Shown here in pieces: positions 26,723 through 40,949 of a stretch of 64,000 nucleotides of DNA (positions within the stretch are counted from its first letter, which is position 1; every line of letters starts with the position of its first letter). The translations under genes were made by a program, and so were the position numbers. Where the stretch lies: assembly GCA_951406725.2 (NCBI GenBank), contig OX597824.1, forward strand, positions 70,866,001-70,930,000. Direction: 5' to 3'. Origin of the DNA: Octopus vulgaris (Eukaryota). Under the pieces are notes generated by a model. The model saw only the letters and a program-made list of their open reading frames with translations, did not search any database and was not told the DNA's origin.

Positions 26723-27329
26723 AAATTGGGGTGGATGTAATCAACTCGCCCTCTCCCCACAAATTTTATTCCTTGGCCTGTAGTAGATAGGATTATTACT
26801 ATTATTAAGGTGATGAACTGACAGAATCATTAGCACGCCATACAAAATACATTGCAGCATTTTGTCCTTCTTTATGTTATGAGTTCAAATTCCACTGTGG
26901 TCACTTTTGCCTTTCATTCTTTTGGGGTCAATTAAATAAGTGCCAGTTGAGTACTGGGGTTGATTTAAACAACTTAACCCCTCTCCCCGAATTGTGCCAA
27001 AATTTTAAATCATTATTATTATGGCTTAGTGGTTAAGGTGTTGCACTCACGACCTAACAATCATGATTTCAGTTCCTTAGACTGTGTGGTGTGTTGTATT
27101 CTTGAGCAAAACTCTTCATCTCACATTGCCCTGCAATCACTTTGATATCTGACATGTGGGGCACTGTGCACTTGTTCAGACAATGTCAATTTGATGGAGA
27201 GAGAGAGATAATGCACAGCACAAACATTTGATCACTATAAACAAATCATTTGTGCAGGTCGTTTAGCAAAAGCTGAATGCTCGTATGTCATCATTGACTG
27301 AAGGGTCCATCACATTGTTGTTGTTGTTG

Positions 27330-27387
<58 letters not shown>

Positions 27388-27727
27388 CATTATTATTATT
27401 ATTTTATGTTTGACTTTTGCTTTACATTTGTACAAGTTGGCTCCAAATCTCACCCAAAGACCTCAAGAGACAACTAGGGTATGGTGTGAAGCCGACATGA
27501 GTTATTTTGAAGTGGGAAAGTGTGTATTATTAATGTGGTGCTCTTGTGGGGATGAGGTGTATGTGGTGTGTGTAGCAGTATCATATATATAATTTTGTTT
27601 TGGGGGTTGTAGGTATATATAGCTCTGCTCATTGGTCTATTTTCTTTCTGTAAAGGATAAAGTCATGCGGGTGAGGTTTATCAATATATATCAATATATT
27701 TATATGTATATATGTATATATATATAT

Positions 27728-28135
27728 AGGCGCAGGAGTGGCTGTGTAGTAAGTAGCTTGCTTACCAGCCACATGGTTCCAGGTTCAGTCCCACTGCGTG
27801 GCACCTTGGGCAAGTGTCTTCTACTATAGCCTTGGGCTGACCAAAGCCTTGTGAGTGGATTTGTTAGACGGAAACTGAAAGAAGCCTGTCATATATAAAT
27901 ATGTGTGTGTGTGTGTTTGTGTGTGTATGTTTGTGTGTCTGTGTTTGTCACCCCAACATCACTTGACAACCGATGCTGGTGTGTTTACGTCTCCATCACT
28001 TAGCGGTTTGGCAAGAGAGACCAATAGAATAAGTACTAGGCTTACAAAGAGTAAGTCCTGGGGTCGATTTGCGCCACTAAAGGTGGTGCTCCAGCATGGC
28101 TGCAGTCAAATGACTGAAACAAATAAAAGAAAAAA
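27728..28135 (+). mobile_element. SINE family A
   Basis: Full-length match. Confidence 0.85.
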
Positions 28136-28672
28136 ATAAATGAAAGAAAAAAATATATATATATTGTGTGTATGTTTGTGTGTATTCATTCTCATGTTTG
28201 CTTTTATGTCGACACCACTTAAAAATGGTATACTGTTTTCATTCACCAATTGTTAGGTTGGTACATTAATCACAGAATATAATAGTAATCAGACAAATAA
28301 TGAATAGGTTTTATAGTCTAACAAGAATGATTGAGGAGGTAACAGTTCCTTTAATTAATTAATTGATAAATGTTTTTTTTTACTCATTGCCTGTCACCAA
28401 GCCAAGTATGTGCACTTATTTAGTACCTCTAATGTTAATTCTCTGTATATATCTTTCAGTCTCCCCTTGTATCTATATAATATAAAACATGACTGGAAAA
28501 ATCCACCAATGGAGCAACGATTATAGCAAAAGATAATCACAAAAGATTACAGTTACATGGTTTTTCTAGTCATACTTGTATTTTTGTTTGTCTGTGGGTT
28601 TTCGGGTTTTTTTTGCCTCAATCACAGATGTCTTATGATTGATTTTCTTCTATTCTTTACCTCTATTTACAG

Positions 28673-28762
28673 TTAAACAAATGAGAAAATCTCCCAGAGG
28701 AGGAAAACCTCTTGATAACCCAGCATTCTCAGATAACATTGACAGCATTCAGGTAGATGAAG
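28673..28762 (+). CDS. PDZ-protein gene, first identified coding exon (xKQMRKSPRGGKPLDNPAFSDNIDSIQVDE-G); candidate start ATG at 28681
   Basis: Strong pyrimidine tract ttttcttctattctttacctctatttacAG; donor AAG|gtaatt; 90 nt open frame ending in phase 1, compatible with the next exon. Confidence 0.7.
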
Positions 28763-28863
28763 GTAATTTAAATTTTTACACTGATATACACTTTTCATTA
28801 TTGTTGTTATTATTGTACTAACTGCAGCAGTACGTATTCTAAAATTGGAATGAAACAGGGAAG

Positions 28864-28899
<36 letters not shown>

Positions 28900-28901
<2 letters not shown>

Positions 28902-29205
28902 AAAGCACCATCCGAACGTGGCCGATGCCAGCACCGCCTCGACTGGCTTCTGTGCCGGTGGCACATAAAAAGCACCAACCGATCGTGGCCGATGCCAGAC
29001 CCCTCTGGCACCTGTGCAGGTGGCACGTAAAAAGCACCCACAACACTCACGGAGTGGTTGGCGTTAGGAAGGGCATCCAGCTGTAGAAACACTGCCAGAT
29101 CAGACTGGAGCCTGGAGCAGCCCCTGGCTCCCCAAACCCCGGTCGAACCGTCCAACCCGTGCTAGCGCGGAAAACGGACGTTAAACGATGATGATGATGA
29201 TGATG
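28900..29205 (+). mobile_element. SINE family B inserted in (TTA)n
   Basis: Near-identical to the 12490 copy; (TTA)n on both sides. Confidence 0.85.
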
Positions 29206-29213
29206 ATTATTAA

Positions 29214-29275
<62 letters not shown>

Positions 29276-29409
29276 TATTTCTGAGAGTGCTCAGTCTTGT
29301 TCACTCTTGTTGATTCTATGAGAGTGAACAGCAGACTGTTTTCAGAGGTTGCACAGGATCTCCTTCTGCATATTATAAGCTTCAATACTTGCTTGTTAAT
29401 TATTGTTGT

Positions 29410-29710
29410 TTGTTCCTTCTCGAGCCATGCCTGGCTCATAAGGGCCGGTTTCCTGGTTTCGTTGGCATATAGGTTCCCCACCTGGATGGGATGCCAGTCC
29501 ATCACAGGTGAGCTGCAAGATGCAGGAGGAAAGAGTGAGAGAAAGTTGTGGCGAAAGAGTCAGCAGAAGTTTCGCCATGACCTTCTGCCGGAGCCGCATA
29601 GAGCTTAGGTGTTTCGCTCATAAACACACACATTGCCTGGTCTGAGATTCGAACTCACGGTCGAGGGACCGGGAGTCCGCTGCTCTAACCACTAGGCCAT
29701 GTACCTCCAT
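29410..29710 (-). mobile_element. tRNA-derived SINE (D-like)
   Basis: Reverse complement of the 26500-26720 type. Confidence 0.8.
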
Positions 29711-30039
29711 GTTAATTATTGTGGAAGACATTCAACATCCTAGTACCAGCCTCAAAATCCTAGGTGTCCCAAGCAGAGCAGTTTTTTGGGGCTTGCTCTG
29801 CTCTCATGTCAGTTTCAATTTTTCTGTCATATTTCTTGAACTTGATTGTTAGTGCTCCAAGTATGCCTACAACTACTGGGATGACAGACACTCTCCTCAT
29901 AGTCCAAATTCTTGCAATGTGGGACTATGGTGCAATCCCATGATCTCTAGATGCAATCCCATGGTCATTCATGACCAAAGGAGGTTGTTACCTTTTACCT
30001 GCAGAACTGTGAGAATCCAGACAATAATCTTTTCTCCTC

Positions 30040-30445
30040 TAGGCATAAGGTCCAAAATTTTGAGGGTGAGGGCTAGTCGATTAGATCGACTCCAGTACAC
30101 AACTGGTACTTAATTTATCGACCCCCACCCCCATCCCCCACAAAAGAATGAAAGGCAAAGTCGATCTCAGTGGAATTTGAACTCAGAATGTAAAGACAGA
30201 CAAAGTACCTATTTCTTTACTACCCACAAGGAGCTAAACACAGAGAGGACAAACAAGGACAGACAAATGGATTAAGTCAATTATATCGACCCCCCAATGC
30301 GTAACTGGTACTTATTAAATCGACCCCGAAAGGATGAAAGGCAAAGTTGACCTCGGCGGAATTTGAACTCAGAACGTAGCAGCAGACAAAGTGCCGCTAA
30401 GCATTTCACCCAGTGTGCTAACGTTTCTACCAGCTTGCCACCTTC
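30040..30445 (-). mobile_element. Family C SINE(s), internally duplicated
   Basis: gaaaggcaaagtcgacctcggcggaatttgaactcagaa unit occurs twice. Confidence 0.8.
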
Positions 30446-30873
30446 AGAATCCAAAAAATAATGTATCTATTCATTCTTCATACTTTCTGACAGATTCAAA
30501 ATCAAATACACCTTCAATTTTGTGCTTCGTTTGTCGATTTTTTCTCCCACAAATTGGCAAAAATAATATTATGCAATTAACAACCTCTGAGCAATGCTTA
30601 CATCTGCCATTAATTAGATTAATGAATTATCAAGTAAGCAATTAAATAGGATTATACATATGTATAATGTAGGTAAGCTAACATCAAAGCTGTGTCCTCT
30701 CAAAGCTTATTCCATCTGCTCATTCCATTATTACAATCCAGTATGTAGTTGTAGGTATTATATTGATGTGAGGCACATATTAGAGTTGGAAATTCTGGAA
30801 ATGTTGTTTGCAGAGTTATTATATAACAAAAGAGGAAATAAAAAATTTTCTTTGGTATCATTTCCTCGCCATA

Positions 30874-31378
30874 GTGGAGGCGCACGGCTTAGCGGTTAGG
30901 GTGTTGAACTCATGATCGTATGGTTGAGGTTTCAATTCTTGGACCGGACGATGTGTTGTGTTCTTGAGCAAAACACTTCATTTCACATTGCTCCAGTCCA
31001 TTCAGCTGGCAAAAATGAGTAATCATGTGACGGACAGGCGTCCCATTTAGGTGGGGAATTTCTTCACCACTGAAACTGGGAAATTGGGCCCATGAGCCTG
31101 GCATGGCTTGAGAAGGAATATTTTGTGGAGGTGCGTGGCTTAGTGGTTAGGGTGTCGGCATCATGATTGTAAGATTGTGGTTTCAATTCCTGGACTGGGC
31201 GATGCTTTGTGTTCTTGAGCAAAACACTTCATTTCACGTTGCTCCAGTCCACTCAGCTGGCAAAAATTAGTAATGCTGCAATGGACTGGCGTCCCATCCA
31301 ACTAGGGAACTCATATGCCACTGAAACTGGGAAACCGGGCCCATGAGCCTGGTGAGGCTTTAAAAGGGTGCATTTATT
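30874..31378 (+). mobile_element. Tandem pair of family E SINEs
   Basis: Two gtggaggcgc..ggcttag.ggttagggtg heads at 30874 and 31125. Confidence 0.8.
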
Positions 31379-31677
31379 TTTTTTATGATTTCGTCACCAT
31401 TACACATGTTTCATTTGCTAATAGGCATCACAAAGTTATACATGTTGGATAAAAATATAAGAAATTTCCTATCAGAAATTCTTCAGACAGAGAATCAAAT
31501 AATGTTATTTAGAGTCCTCCTCAGTGTGATATAAAATTCACAATAGATTGATTACCATCTTATGAGGAGGGGGAAAATATCTCAAACAGGAAAATACCAA
31601 TAGGGCACTAGTTTAGATCATTTTCTTGTTAAACTGTTGAAGGCTGGAAGTGAAAAGGTAACACATGCAGTATTTAA

Positions 31678-31897
31678 CCCTTTTGTTAGTGTATTTATTT
31701 TGAGATGCTCTGTGTTTCTTTCAATTACTTTTAATTTAACAAAGAATTTTGTAAAATAACTTAGTTATCATTCAGCTAGTGTTAGGAACATAAGTTGTGA
31801 CTAAGATTTGGTGGAAGATTTTAATTCAAAGTTTATGAAAACAAGACATTTGTACTCAAAGCCAGAGCCGGTTTCAGCCGAGTTGGTAACGAAAGGG
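31678..31897. mobile_element. piggyBac-type MITE, second family
   Basis: TTAA|cccttttgttag ... gtaacgaaaggg|TTAA. Confidence 0.8.
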
Positions 31898-31949
31898 TTA
31901 AGCTCATCACCAAGAGCTAGACTAGCACCTGTATACCAAAAGATTGGGA

Positions 31950-32440
31950 AAATGACATTTTAGTGTCTTTGCTGTAGAGTGTAAGAGAAAAAGGAATTTG
32001 TGAGCATTACCATAGCATCACACACCTGGAAGCTGATGGTAAAGTACTTGTTAGACATTTTTTGAATAGGCTGATGGAAGATATTTGTCTCACAATCATC
32101 TGTAAATCACAAGATGGTTATCGATGAGGTAGAGGAACAATCAACTTGAGATTCTCTGTGAAACAGATACAAGAGAAATGCACTGAACAGAAGGTGCCTT
32201 TGTATCAAGTCTTTGTTGATTCAATGAAAGCTTTTGATACATTTAACAGGGATGCACTGTGAACAATCCTTGGAAAGGTCAGGTTCCCATCATTGTTTGT
32301 CTGTATGTTTAAGGCTCAGATATAAAGGCTCAGGTTGTCTATAATAAAAAAATTGTCTGATAAAGTTCCAATTCACAATGGAGTAAAGTAAGGCAATATT
32401 CCTGCTCCCATACTCCTTCCGATATTCTTTGCTGTCAAGG
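31950..32440 (+). mobile_element. Decayed RTE-clade LINE reverse transcriptase fragment
   Basis: Translates FSVKQIQEKCTEQKVPLYQVFVDSMKAFDTFNRDAL*TILGK and VPIHNGVK*GNIPAPI, with stops. Confidence 0.8.
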
Positions 32441-33317
32441 TACAGTAAGTCTACTGCTAGTTTCCCTCATCCCAACCCCACTGGGTAAGGGGAAATTCCT
32501 CCCAAAATTGCAGAGGGGCATGAGATTTTTTTAGTTCTTTTCTGTTAGGTCACAGGTTCTGCCTTGTCTGACCAGTCCTTGGACAGATGTACTTGCTGAC
32601 CTCTTCTTTTATAGACTCTGCCTATATGTACAAAAGTACATCAGGATAAACCAATAAAGGTGTACATGCCTTGTCACACAAATTGTTAGAAACAGCAGCC
32701 AAATCTTCCTTCTCCTGAAAATCACACCATACTATCTTTAAAATATAAGGAAGTACACAGTTAATGATGTAGTTCTAGATACCACTACACACACAAAAAA
32801 AAGATGGGATTGTCACATTCTGAATGCTTGTGATTGTAGATTTGTTTTAGTCAGGTTGACCTGTGGCTAAACGACAACAACAACAACAGCAGCAGTCACA
32901 ATAATAATAACAACAGCAACAACTGCATCAATCAATTACAATGTGCATAAAGGAGTGGTTGCCAACAATAACAAGCTGGCAGCCAGCTGGTCAGAAGAAC
33001 ACTGATCAATGCAAAATCATCCCACCTTTTCTTTATATAAATGAATGAGAAAAAAAAAGTGTAATATATGCATGTAACACTAACATTCAGTTAACATTCA
33101 TAGCCTTAAGCAGTGTGCAGCAGAAAAACCTCCCTTATTTTACATGGCTATTGTTATGGTGCTGAGGAAGTTAGGAAAACGATAATAGTGTCGTCATGTA
33201 GATAATATTTCAATGTTTTGTTTACAGTTAATACTGTGGTTTAAGCTGGTGTATAACTGGCATTTTCAGTTGTAATGTTTATCAAACTGTAAAATGCAAG
33301 AGAGATTTTTTGACTGC

Positions 33318-33580
33318 CACCTTGACTGGCTTCCATGCTGGTGGCACGTAAAAAGCACCAACCGATCATGGCTGCTGCCAGCCTCCCCTGGCACCTGTGC
33401 CCATGGCACGTAAAAAGCACCCACTACACTCATAGAGTGGTTGGCACGTTAGGAAGGGCATCCAGCTGTAGAAACACTGCCAGATCAGACTGGAGCCTGG
33501 TGCAGCCTCCTGGCTTCCCAGACCCCAGTCGAACCGTCCAACCTGTGCTAGCACGGAAAGCAGACGTTAAACGATGATGA
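33318..33580 (+). mobile_element. SINE family B
   Basis: Match to the other copies. Confidence 0.85.
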
Positions 33581-34203
33581 TCCTCTATGTGTGGACACAT
33601 CATCACTACCAAATCTCACTAAGTTTATCTCACAATCTGAGATTCTAGGTTCAATCTCTTTGCATGGGCATTTTGGGTAAGCATCTTTTATTAAAGCCTA
33701 GGTAAGTGTAATTGGGTAGATGGAAACTATAGCTGTTTGTCAGATGGACTGCAATTCAAAGGGCCATTGTGGTCAATCAGTGTGTGATGCTGATTTTCAT
33801 GTGACAATACATCAAGGATACAGAAGTTTGTGGTTAAAGTGTTGATGATGATGATGAATCTAAGAGAAGGCTAACTTGTATCTAAAACTCTCTGTTCTAC
33901 TGAACCAGTTATCTTGCACTTTGCTTGTATCTCGGTTCCTTGATATTACGAGTGTGTGTCATTGCAGTGTTGTGTAAACTACCCTTGACTTAAAACGTTT
34001 GCATGAGCAGTCAAATACTGGGATCAAAGACCTTAACTTACCTCCTCCACTCATATTGCTGGCCTGGTGCTAAAATTAGAAAGTCTTCTTATCATTGTAT
34101 TTTCAAATTATTGAACCAGTTTGACCTTCATAATTTAAACCTAATTTATTTCATTTCATGTTTATAAATATACAAAGTGTTAATTTAACTTTTTTCTTTT
34201 CAG

Positions 34204-34244
34204 GGGTTTCAGAATCAATTAAGGACCACCACTCTCCAAACATG
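34204..34244 (+). CDS. PDZ-protein gene, 41-nt exon ((G)VSESIKDHHSPNM)
   Basis: Acceptor ttttttcttttcAG; donor ATG|gtatgt; phase 1 in, phase 0 out, no stop. Confidence 0.7.
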
Positions 34245-34399
34245 GTATGTGATTGTTTATTAAGCTTGTTTGTTTTATTTTGTGCATTTTAATTTTTTTT
34301 ACCTTTTTGGTGGGTGGGATTACTAAACTGACTTAACAAGTCATCATTGTCGTCATCGTCGTCATCATCATCATCATCAACACTTTTAATCACAAAAAC

Positions 34400-34440
<41 letters not shown>

Positions 34441-34475
34441 TAACAATAATGATGATAATAATAATAATAATAATA

Positions 34476-35078
34476 AGCCTGATCTTTGCTGCACAAGACC
34501 AGGCTCTCGCTACCAAGTTAGTGAAGTATAACATCTATAAAACTTCTGACACCAGAAATGCAGACTCTGTGGCAAGAGCGTGGGAAATGTGACCCACTTG
34601 GTAAGTGGATGACAAGCGCCACCATGATAAAGTGTTTGTAACTTCTTTGGCTTTTATGCCATAGATACCAATATGAAGTATCAGAGAACTGGTATGATCA
34701 TGTACCAAATAAAGTTATGCAGGAGGATGGAAAAGTAACGATACTCTGGGACTATGATTTCAGACAGATCATGTAATTGAACACCATCGGCCGGATATTG
34801 TCATATTGAATAAGAGAGACAAATGACGTCAGATCATTGATGTAGCCATACCAAATGATATGAATATTGTGTTTAAAGAGGTTGAAAAAATCACCAAGTA
34901 CTCTGAATTGAAAGTGGGAATGGCAAAACTGTACGGAATGCGAGAGGGTAATGTAAAAGTGATACCAGTGGTGATTGGAGCATTGGGTTCAATATAATTG
35001 GAACTTCAAGACTTCTTAAGGCAACTGGAAATCCAATGCAAAATTGAGGTCTTGCAAAAAGCAGCCTTATTGGGAACC
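34476..35078 (+). mobile_element. 5'-truncated R4/Dong-type non-LTR retrotransposon (CCHC knuckle + restriction-like endonuclease)
   Basis: With frameshifts: SLIFAAQDQALATK; CRLCGKSVGNVTHLVSG; ENWYDHVP; TILWD; HHRPDIVILNK; IIDVAIPND; KEVEKITKYSEL; VIPVVIGALG; LQKAALLGT. Confidence 0.85.
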
Positions 35079-35444
35079 ATTGTCATCATTGTGCCTGTCA
35101 TCAACATCACCACCACCACCACCATCATAATCTTTATCATCATCATTATTATCATTATTGCCAAAATCATCATCACAACTATCATCGTCATCATCATCAA
35201 CATCATCCTCTTCACTATGATCGTCATCATCTACATCATAGCTATGTCTCCTCACTAATGTACTAAGAATAAGTCAAAGAGGATTTCTAACATACATAAA
35301 AGAGGACAGACACAAGGTGATAAAGAGATGCTATAGAAGGAATATTTTAAATAAATGATACTTAGATGAAGTTAAAGTTATCAACAATTGTAGACTTTAT
35401 ATTGCTTTTCAAATTATCCAGAATTGTATGTAGTGCATTATTAG

Positions 35445-35840
35445 GTGTGGCTGTGTGGTAAGAAGCTTGCCTCCCAATCACATGGTTCTGGATTCAGTCC
35501 CAATGAGAGGGCACCTTGAGCAAGGGTCTTCTACTATAGCCCCAGGCTGACAAAGCCTTGTAAGTGAATTAGGTAGACTGAAACTGAAAGAAACCTGTCA
35601 TATATATGTATGTGTGTGTCTGTGTGTGTTTCTGTCTGTGGTTGTCCCCTTACCACTGCCTGACAACTGGTGCTGGTGTATTTATGTCCCCATAACTTAG
35701 AGGTTCGGTAAAAGAGACTGGTAGTATAAGTACCAGGCTATAAAAATAAAAGTACAGGAGGTGATACAATCGACTAAAAAATTCTTCAAGGCAGTGCCCC
35801 AGTATGGCCACGGTCTAATGACTGAAGCAAGTAAAAGATA
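35445..35840 (+). mobile_element. SINE family A, older variant
   Basis: Diverged full-length match. Confidence 0.8.
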
Positions 35841-36221
35841 AAAAAATGAAAGATACACACACACATATACAAACACACACACATTCACACACAAATATGT
35901 GTGAGTATGTAAATATACATATGTGCACTCTCCTATAGAAGATGATGTGTGAGCATTCAGCTTTTGCCGAACGACCTGCACAAATGATTTGTTTATAGTG
36001 ATCAAATGTATGTACTGTGCATTAGCTCACTCCACCCCTCCATCAAATTGACATTGCCTGAACAGGGGCACAGTATACCACACATGAGGTGTCGAAGTGA
36101 TCGCAGGGTAATGTAAGATGATGTGCTTTGCTCAAGAGTACAATGTACCACCCAGTCTAGGAATTGAAACCACGATCTTGCAATCATGAGTGCAATATCC
36201 TAACCACTAAGCCAAGTGTTC

Positions 36222-36264
<43 letters not shown>

Positions 36265-36568
36265 TCCAAAAGTGTCTCAACCTCAAGGCGCATGCCTTAG
36301 CTTGGCATTCGCTGTCTGGCCGTCACATTCGTGCAGCGAGCAGCAGTGTCACCGGCGAAATTGCCATTTTGGGACATTAGTGGTGGCGGCGGCGGTCACA
36401 CTATTGTCGTCGTCGACGTCCCGTCCGACTTGTTCGAAGAGATCAAGACGAAAATGGCCTGCTCGATTAGCCAGCAGGGTGGCGTCATTGAAGGCTAAAA
36501 CAATGCGAAGCGCATTGTGACCAGCGATGTGTAGCAACATCCGATGGCCTGGTCGGTCACATCACATG

Positions 36569-36599
<31 letters not shown>

Positions 36600-37472
36600 A
36601 CGGACATGGAACACTTACATTTAGCACTCTGAGTTTCTCAACAGCAATTTATTCATTACTCACTGTTGTTCATCAGCTACTAATACATGCTTAATATACA
36701 TTTAAAACACGTCCTAAGTTTGCAGTAGCTGACAATTGACAGCAAGTATTGAATAAATCTCGGTTGAGAAACTAAGAGTTCTGAGTGTAAGTATTCCATG
36801 CTTGTGACATTTAATAGATTTAGTTTCCTATATCCACTGAAATTGAAGTTTACTTTGTTGTTACACACCTGGTTTGATCATCATCGTCCTCCTTTAATGT
36901 CCACTTTCCATGCTGGCATGGGTCTAATGGTTTGACCAGAGCTGGCAAACCAGAGAGCTGCACCAGATTCCAGTCTGATTTGGCTTGGTTTCTATGGCTG
37001 GATACCCTTCCTAATGCCAAATACTTTACAGTGTGTGCTGGGTGCTTTTAACGTGGCACCAGCATGGAAGGTTTTTTTACATGATACCAGGATGAGTGCT
37101 TTTTATGTGGCACCAGCACAGGACTCTTATAGGCCAATCGCCTTCACCAATTTTGCTGAGGAGGACTGGTTTATTTATATATATATATATATATATATTT
37201 CAATTTTGTATGTGGTTTACAAGATTCTTTATGTGAATTCGTGTGTTGAAGCATATTTTATTGTATCTGAGGAGGGTAATTCTCTTTTAGTGCTTTATTA
37301 ATTTAACACACCCACCGGTCTGATTTCCACTCATTTACTTATTTTTAACTAAAATTTACGTTGTGACTTGCAACCTTTTCAATAGTCATCAGACTGGTGA
37401 ATGTATTAAATTAATAAGGCACTAAAAGAGAATGACTCTCTCCAGACATAATAATATATATATATATATGTA

Positions 37473-37514
<42 letters not shown>

Positions 37515-38864
37515 TGTGTAGATCGATAGAGAGATAGATATCTTCCAGGCTAACCCATCAAAGATCCAGGAAATGATGATGTTATTACTAATGATATTGG
37601 TGATGATGATGATACATACAACTCCAAACACACATATAAATATATTTAAGATATATTTTTACATATTGCATATATTATGTTTTATATTTCATGTTATATA
37701 GATACATATTTAAATATACACTACATAAATATTATATACATGCACACATACACATATAAATCACATATATATGTTATTAAATATCATATATATTATATAT
37801 TGCCCAACCAGTTAGAACATGACACACAAATGTAAAATTATGATGATGTCCTTGATGATGATGTTGATCATGTGTGTGTGTGTGTGTGTGTCTGTCTGTC
37901 TGTGTGTGTGTGCATGTGTGTGTGTGTCTGTCTGTCTGTGTGTGTGTATGTGTGTGTATGCATGCATGTATGTGTTATGTTATATATATTATGAAATATA
38001 TATCCATGTTATGGATTATATATTATATCTGTATCTATCTTTCCATCTTTTTAGCTATGCATATACATATATAAATTAATGTTTATTGTATAAATATATG
38101 TATGCATGAATACATTAGTGCATGTGTATATGTGTGTGTTATATTATAATTGAAAGATGCAAGTCATACTGAAATCCTACAAAATGTTTTTAGGTTATGT
38201 TTAGCCTCATACTTATTAACTTTAATAAATCCTCAGACTTTCTGAATGACAGATCAGATAACTACGTGGAATATTGCCATTTCCACAAGTACCTACTGAA
38301 ACATTAGAAGAATTCACATAACTTAACTGTGTAAACTCATACTTAAGTATTTACCAGGAATAACACCTTAACCATTAGGTCACATACACATGCAGACACA
38401 CATTCACATGCACCACATGTATATATAGACATGTATGTATTTATGTGTACACTTCATTGTCAGTATCATATTAAATGAGCTTTACATGTTGACATGGGTA
38501 GGATGAGTTATTATTATTCAAATTAGTTCTTATTCAGTTATATTCATCCTCTAGATAGGTCAGAGACTCACATCTTGTTAATATATTCCAAAATTTTGGC
38601 ATCCTTTCTACCAATGGATACTCTTCATTCTATTAACCATTTTACAAAATGTACTAGATTCATATCATTATTCTGCCAACATTAAAATAATTTTCATATC
38701 CTCGACAAAACTAAAGAACCTTCTCAACACTGAGATGCCTCTGTTCAATCAAGGCAGCATGACTAATAGCAAGGAAAGAAGTGTGAACACATGATGGAAG
38801 AAATAAAGTAACCGTAGCATGGGTGTCGTAAAGTAGGAGTGGTGTAAGAGTGACACTCTTTACC

Positions 38865-39230
38865 CTTTACTCTTTTACTTGTTTCAGTCATTTGGTTGTG
38901 GCCATGCTGTAGCACTACCTTTAGTCAAGCAAATCGACCCCAGTGCTTATTCTTTGTAAGCCTAGTACTTATTCTATCGGTCTCTTTTGCTGAACCACTA
39001 AGTTACAGGGACGTAAACACACCAACATCAGTTGCCAAGCAATGTTGGGGGACAAACACAAACACAAAAACACACACATACATATATATGACGGGCTTCT
39101 TTCAGTTTCCGTCTACAAAATCCACTCACAAGGCTATAGTAGAAGACACTTGCCCAAGGTGCCTCGCAGCAGGATAGAACCCGGAACCATATAGTTGGTA
39201 AGCAAGCTACTTACCACACAACCACTCCTG
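38865..39230 (-). mobile_element. SINE family A
   Basis: Reverse complement match. Confidence 0.85.
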
Positions 39231-40174
39231 CTGAAAGAGTAATGGAAAAAAGATACTTATGGTAGTTACTTGTTTCTTAGTGCAGGAGTGAGATCGAGAG
39301 ATAGTGTAAGTAACAGGCGATGATAAGCAAAGATGATTGATGGCAATAGCAAATGAACTGGAGGAGAAGTAGAGATGGTTGAAATTGTAATGGTTGGATA
39401 TATCAGATACGAACAGATCCGATACTACCTTTTGTATGTTGGAGTCTGAATGGGAGAATGAGGTAGGGTTTATAAGATGGAGTTATAATGTTCAAATTTT
39501 CAATACTTTCCCTCCACTAGATAGGCGACATGATGCAGGGAATAGGAGAGAAGTGGAAGTGGTGAGAGTGAGTACCTGATGGATGAGAGGGTCTGACAGA
39601 TCCAATGGCACTTGTAGCTATGTGGCAGTATAGTGCAGAAAATAGCAGAAAATTAGGCTGAGAGAGCATGAATGGTAAACATATAGGGGACTGAGAAAAA
39701 AACCCCAAGAACAATAGAGATGATTGACAGATAGGTAATGGGGATGAGATAGTATCTAGGAGACAAGAGAGAATCAAATAGGGATTTGATAGGGATGTAT
39801 TACATAAGGGATAAATACACACACACACACACACATACACACACATATACATAATGCCCAGAGGCACAGGCTGTGTGACAAAGAAATTTGATTCCCAATC
39901 ATGTTGGTTCAAGTATAGTCCCACTGCTTGGCAACTTGAGCAAGTGTTCTCTTTGGGCCGATCAAAGCTTTGTGAATGAATTTGCTAGACAGAACTAACT
40001 GTGCTTTACTATGTTTTTTTTTTATGTTTGTGCTCTACACAAGAGTTAGTGACAGAAAGGTCATTTGGCTGTAAAATAATGCCTTGATTATATAGTAGTC
40101 TAACCCATGCTGATATGGAGAAATGGACATAAAAAAAACAAATATATGTGTGCGTGTGTGTTGTACACACTAAT

Positions 40175-40476
<302 letters not shown>

Positions 40477-40789
40477 ATAATAATAATAGTAATATGAGGG
40501 AATATTATTCCAAACTTACAGGGAAAAATTCAATTTAGAAATACTAAATCAAATTTCACAAAATATAATATATATATATATATATAAATTAGAAAAGAAA
40601 CCACCTTTTATCAATTCAATAATGAAACATTAAATTATACCATTTAGAAAAATTACATATTATAGAAAGATTAAATATAAGATAAAACATATAACAATGG
40701 CTAAGTAATATGCAAAATAGTGAATAAAACGTAAATATATATGTATGTATATAATATAGTTAATACATGCACACACATATAAATGTATC

Positions 40790-40834
<45 letters not shown>

Positions 40835-40949
40835 ATACATACAAATTTAAGTCACAATATATAAATTCACATAATCCGGTAGTACTCATAAAAAGGCTCA
40901 AACGATATAAAATATACAGCAAAGATACAAGATAAAACGACAAGGAGTA

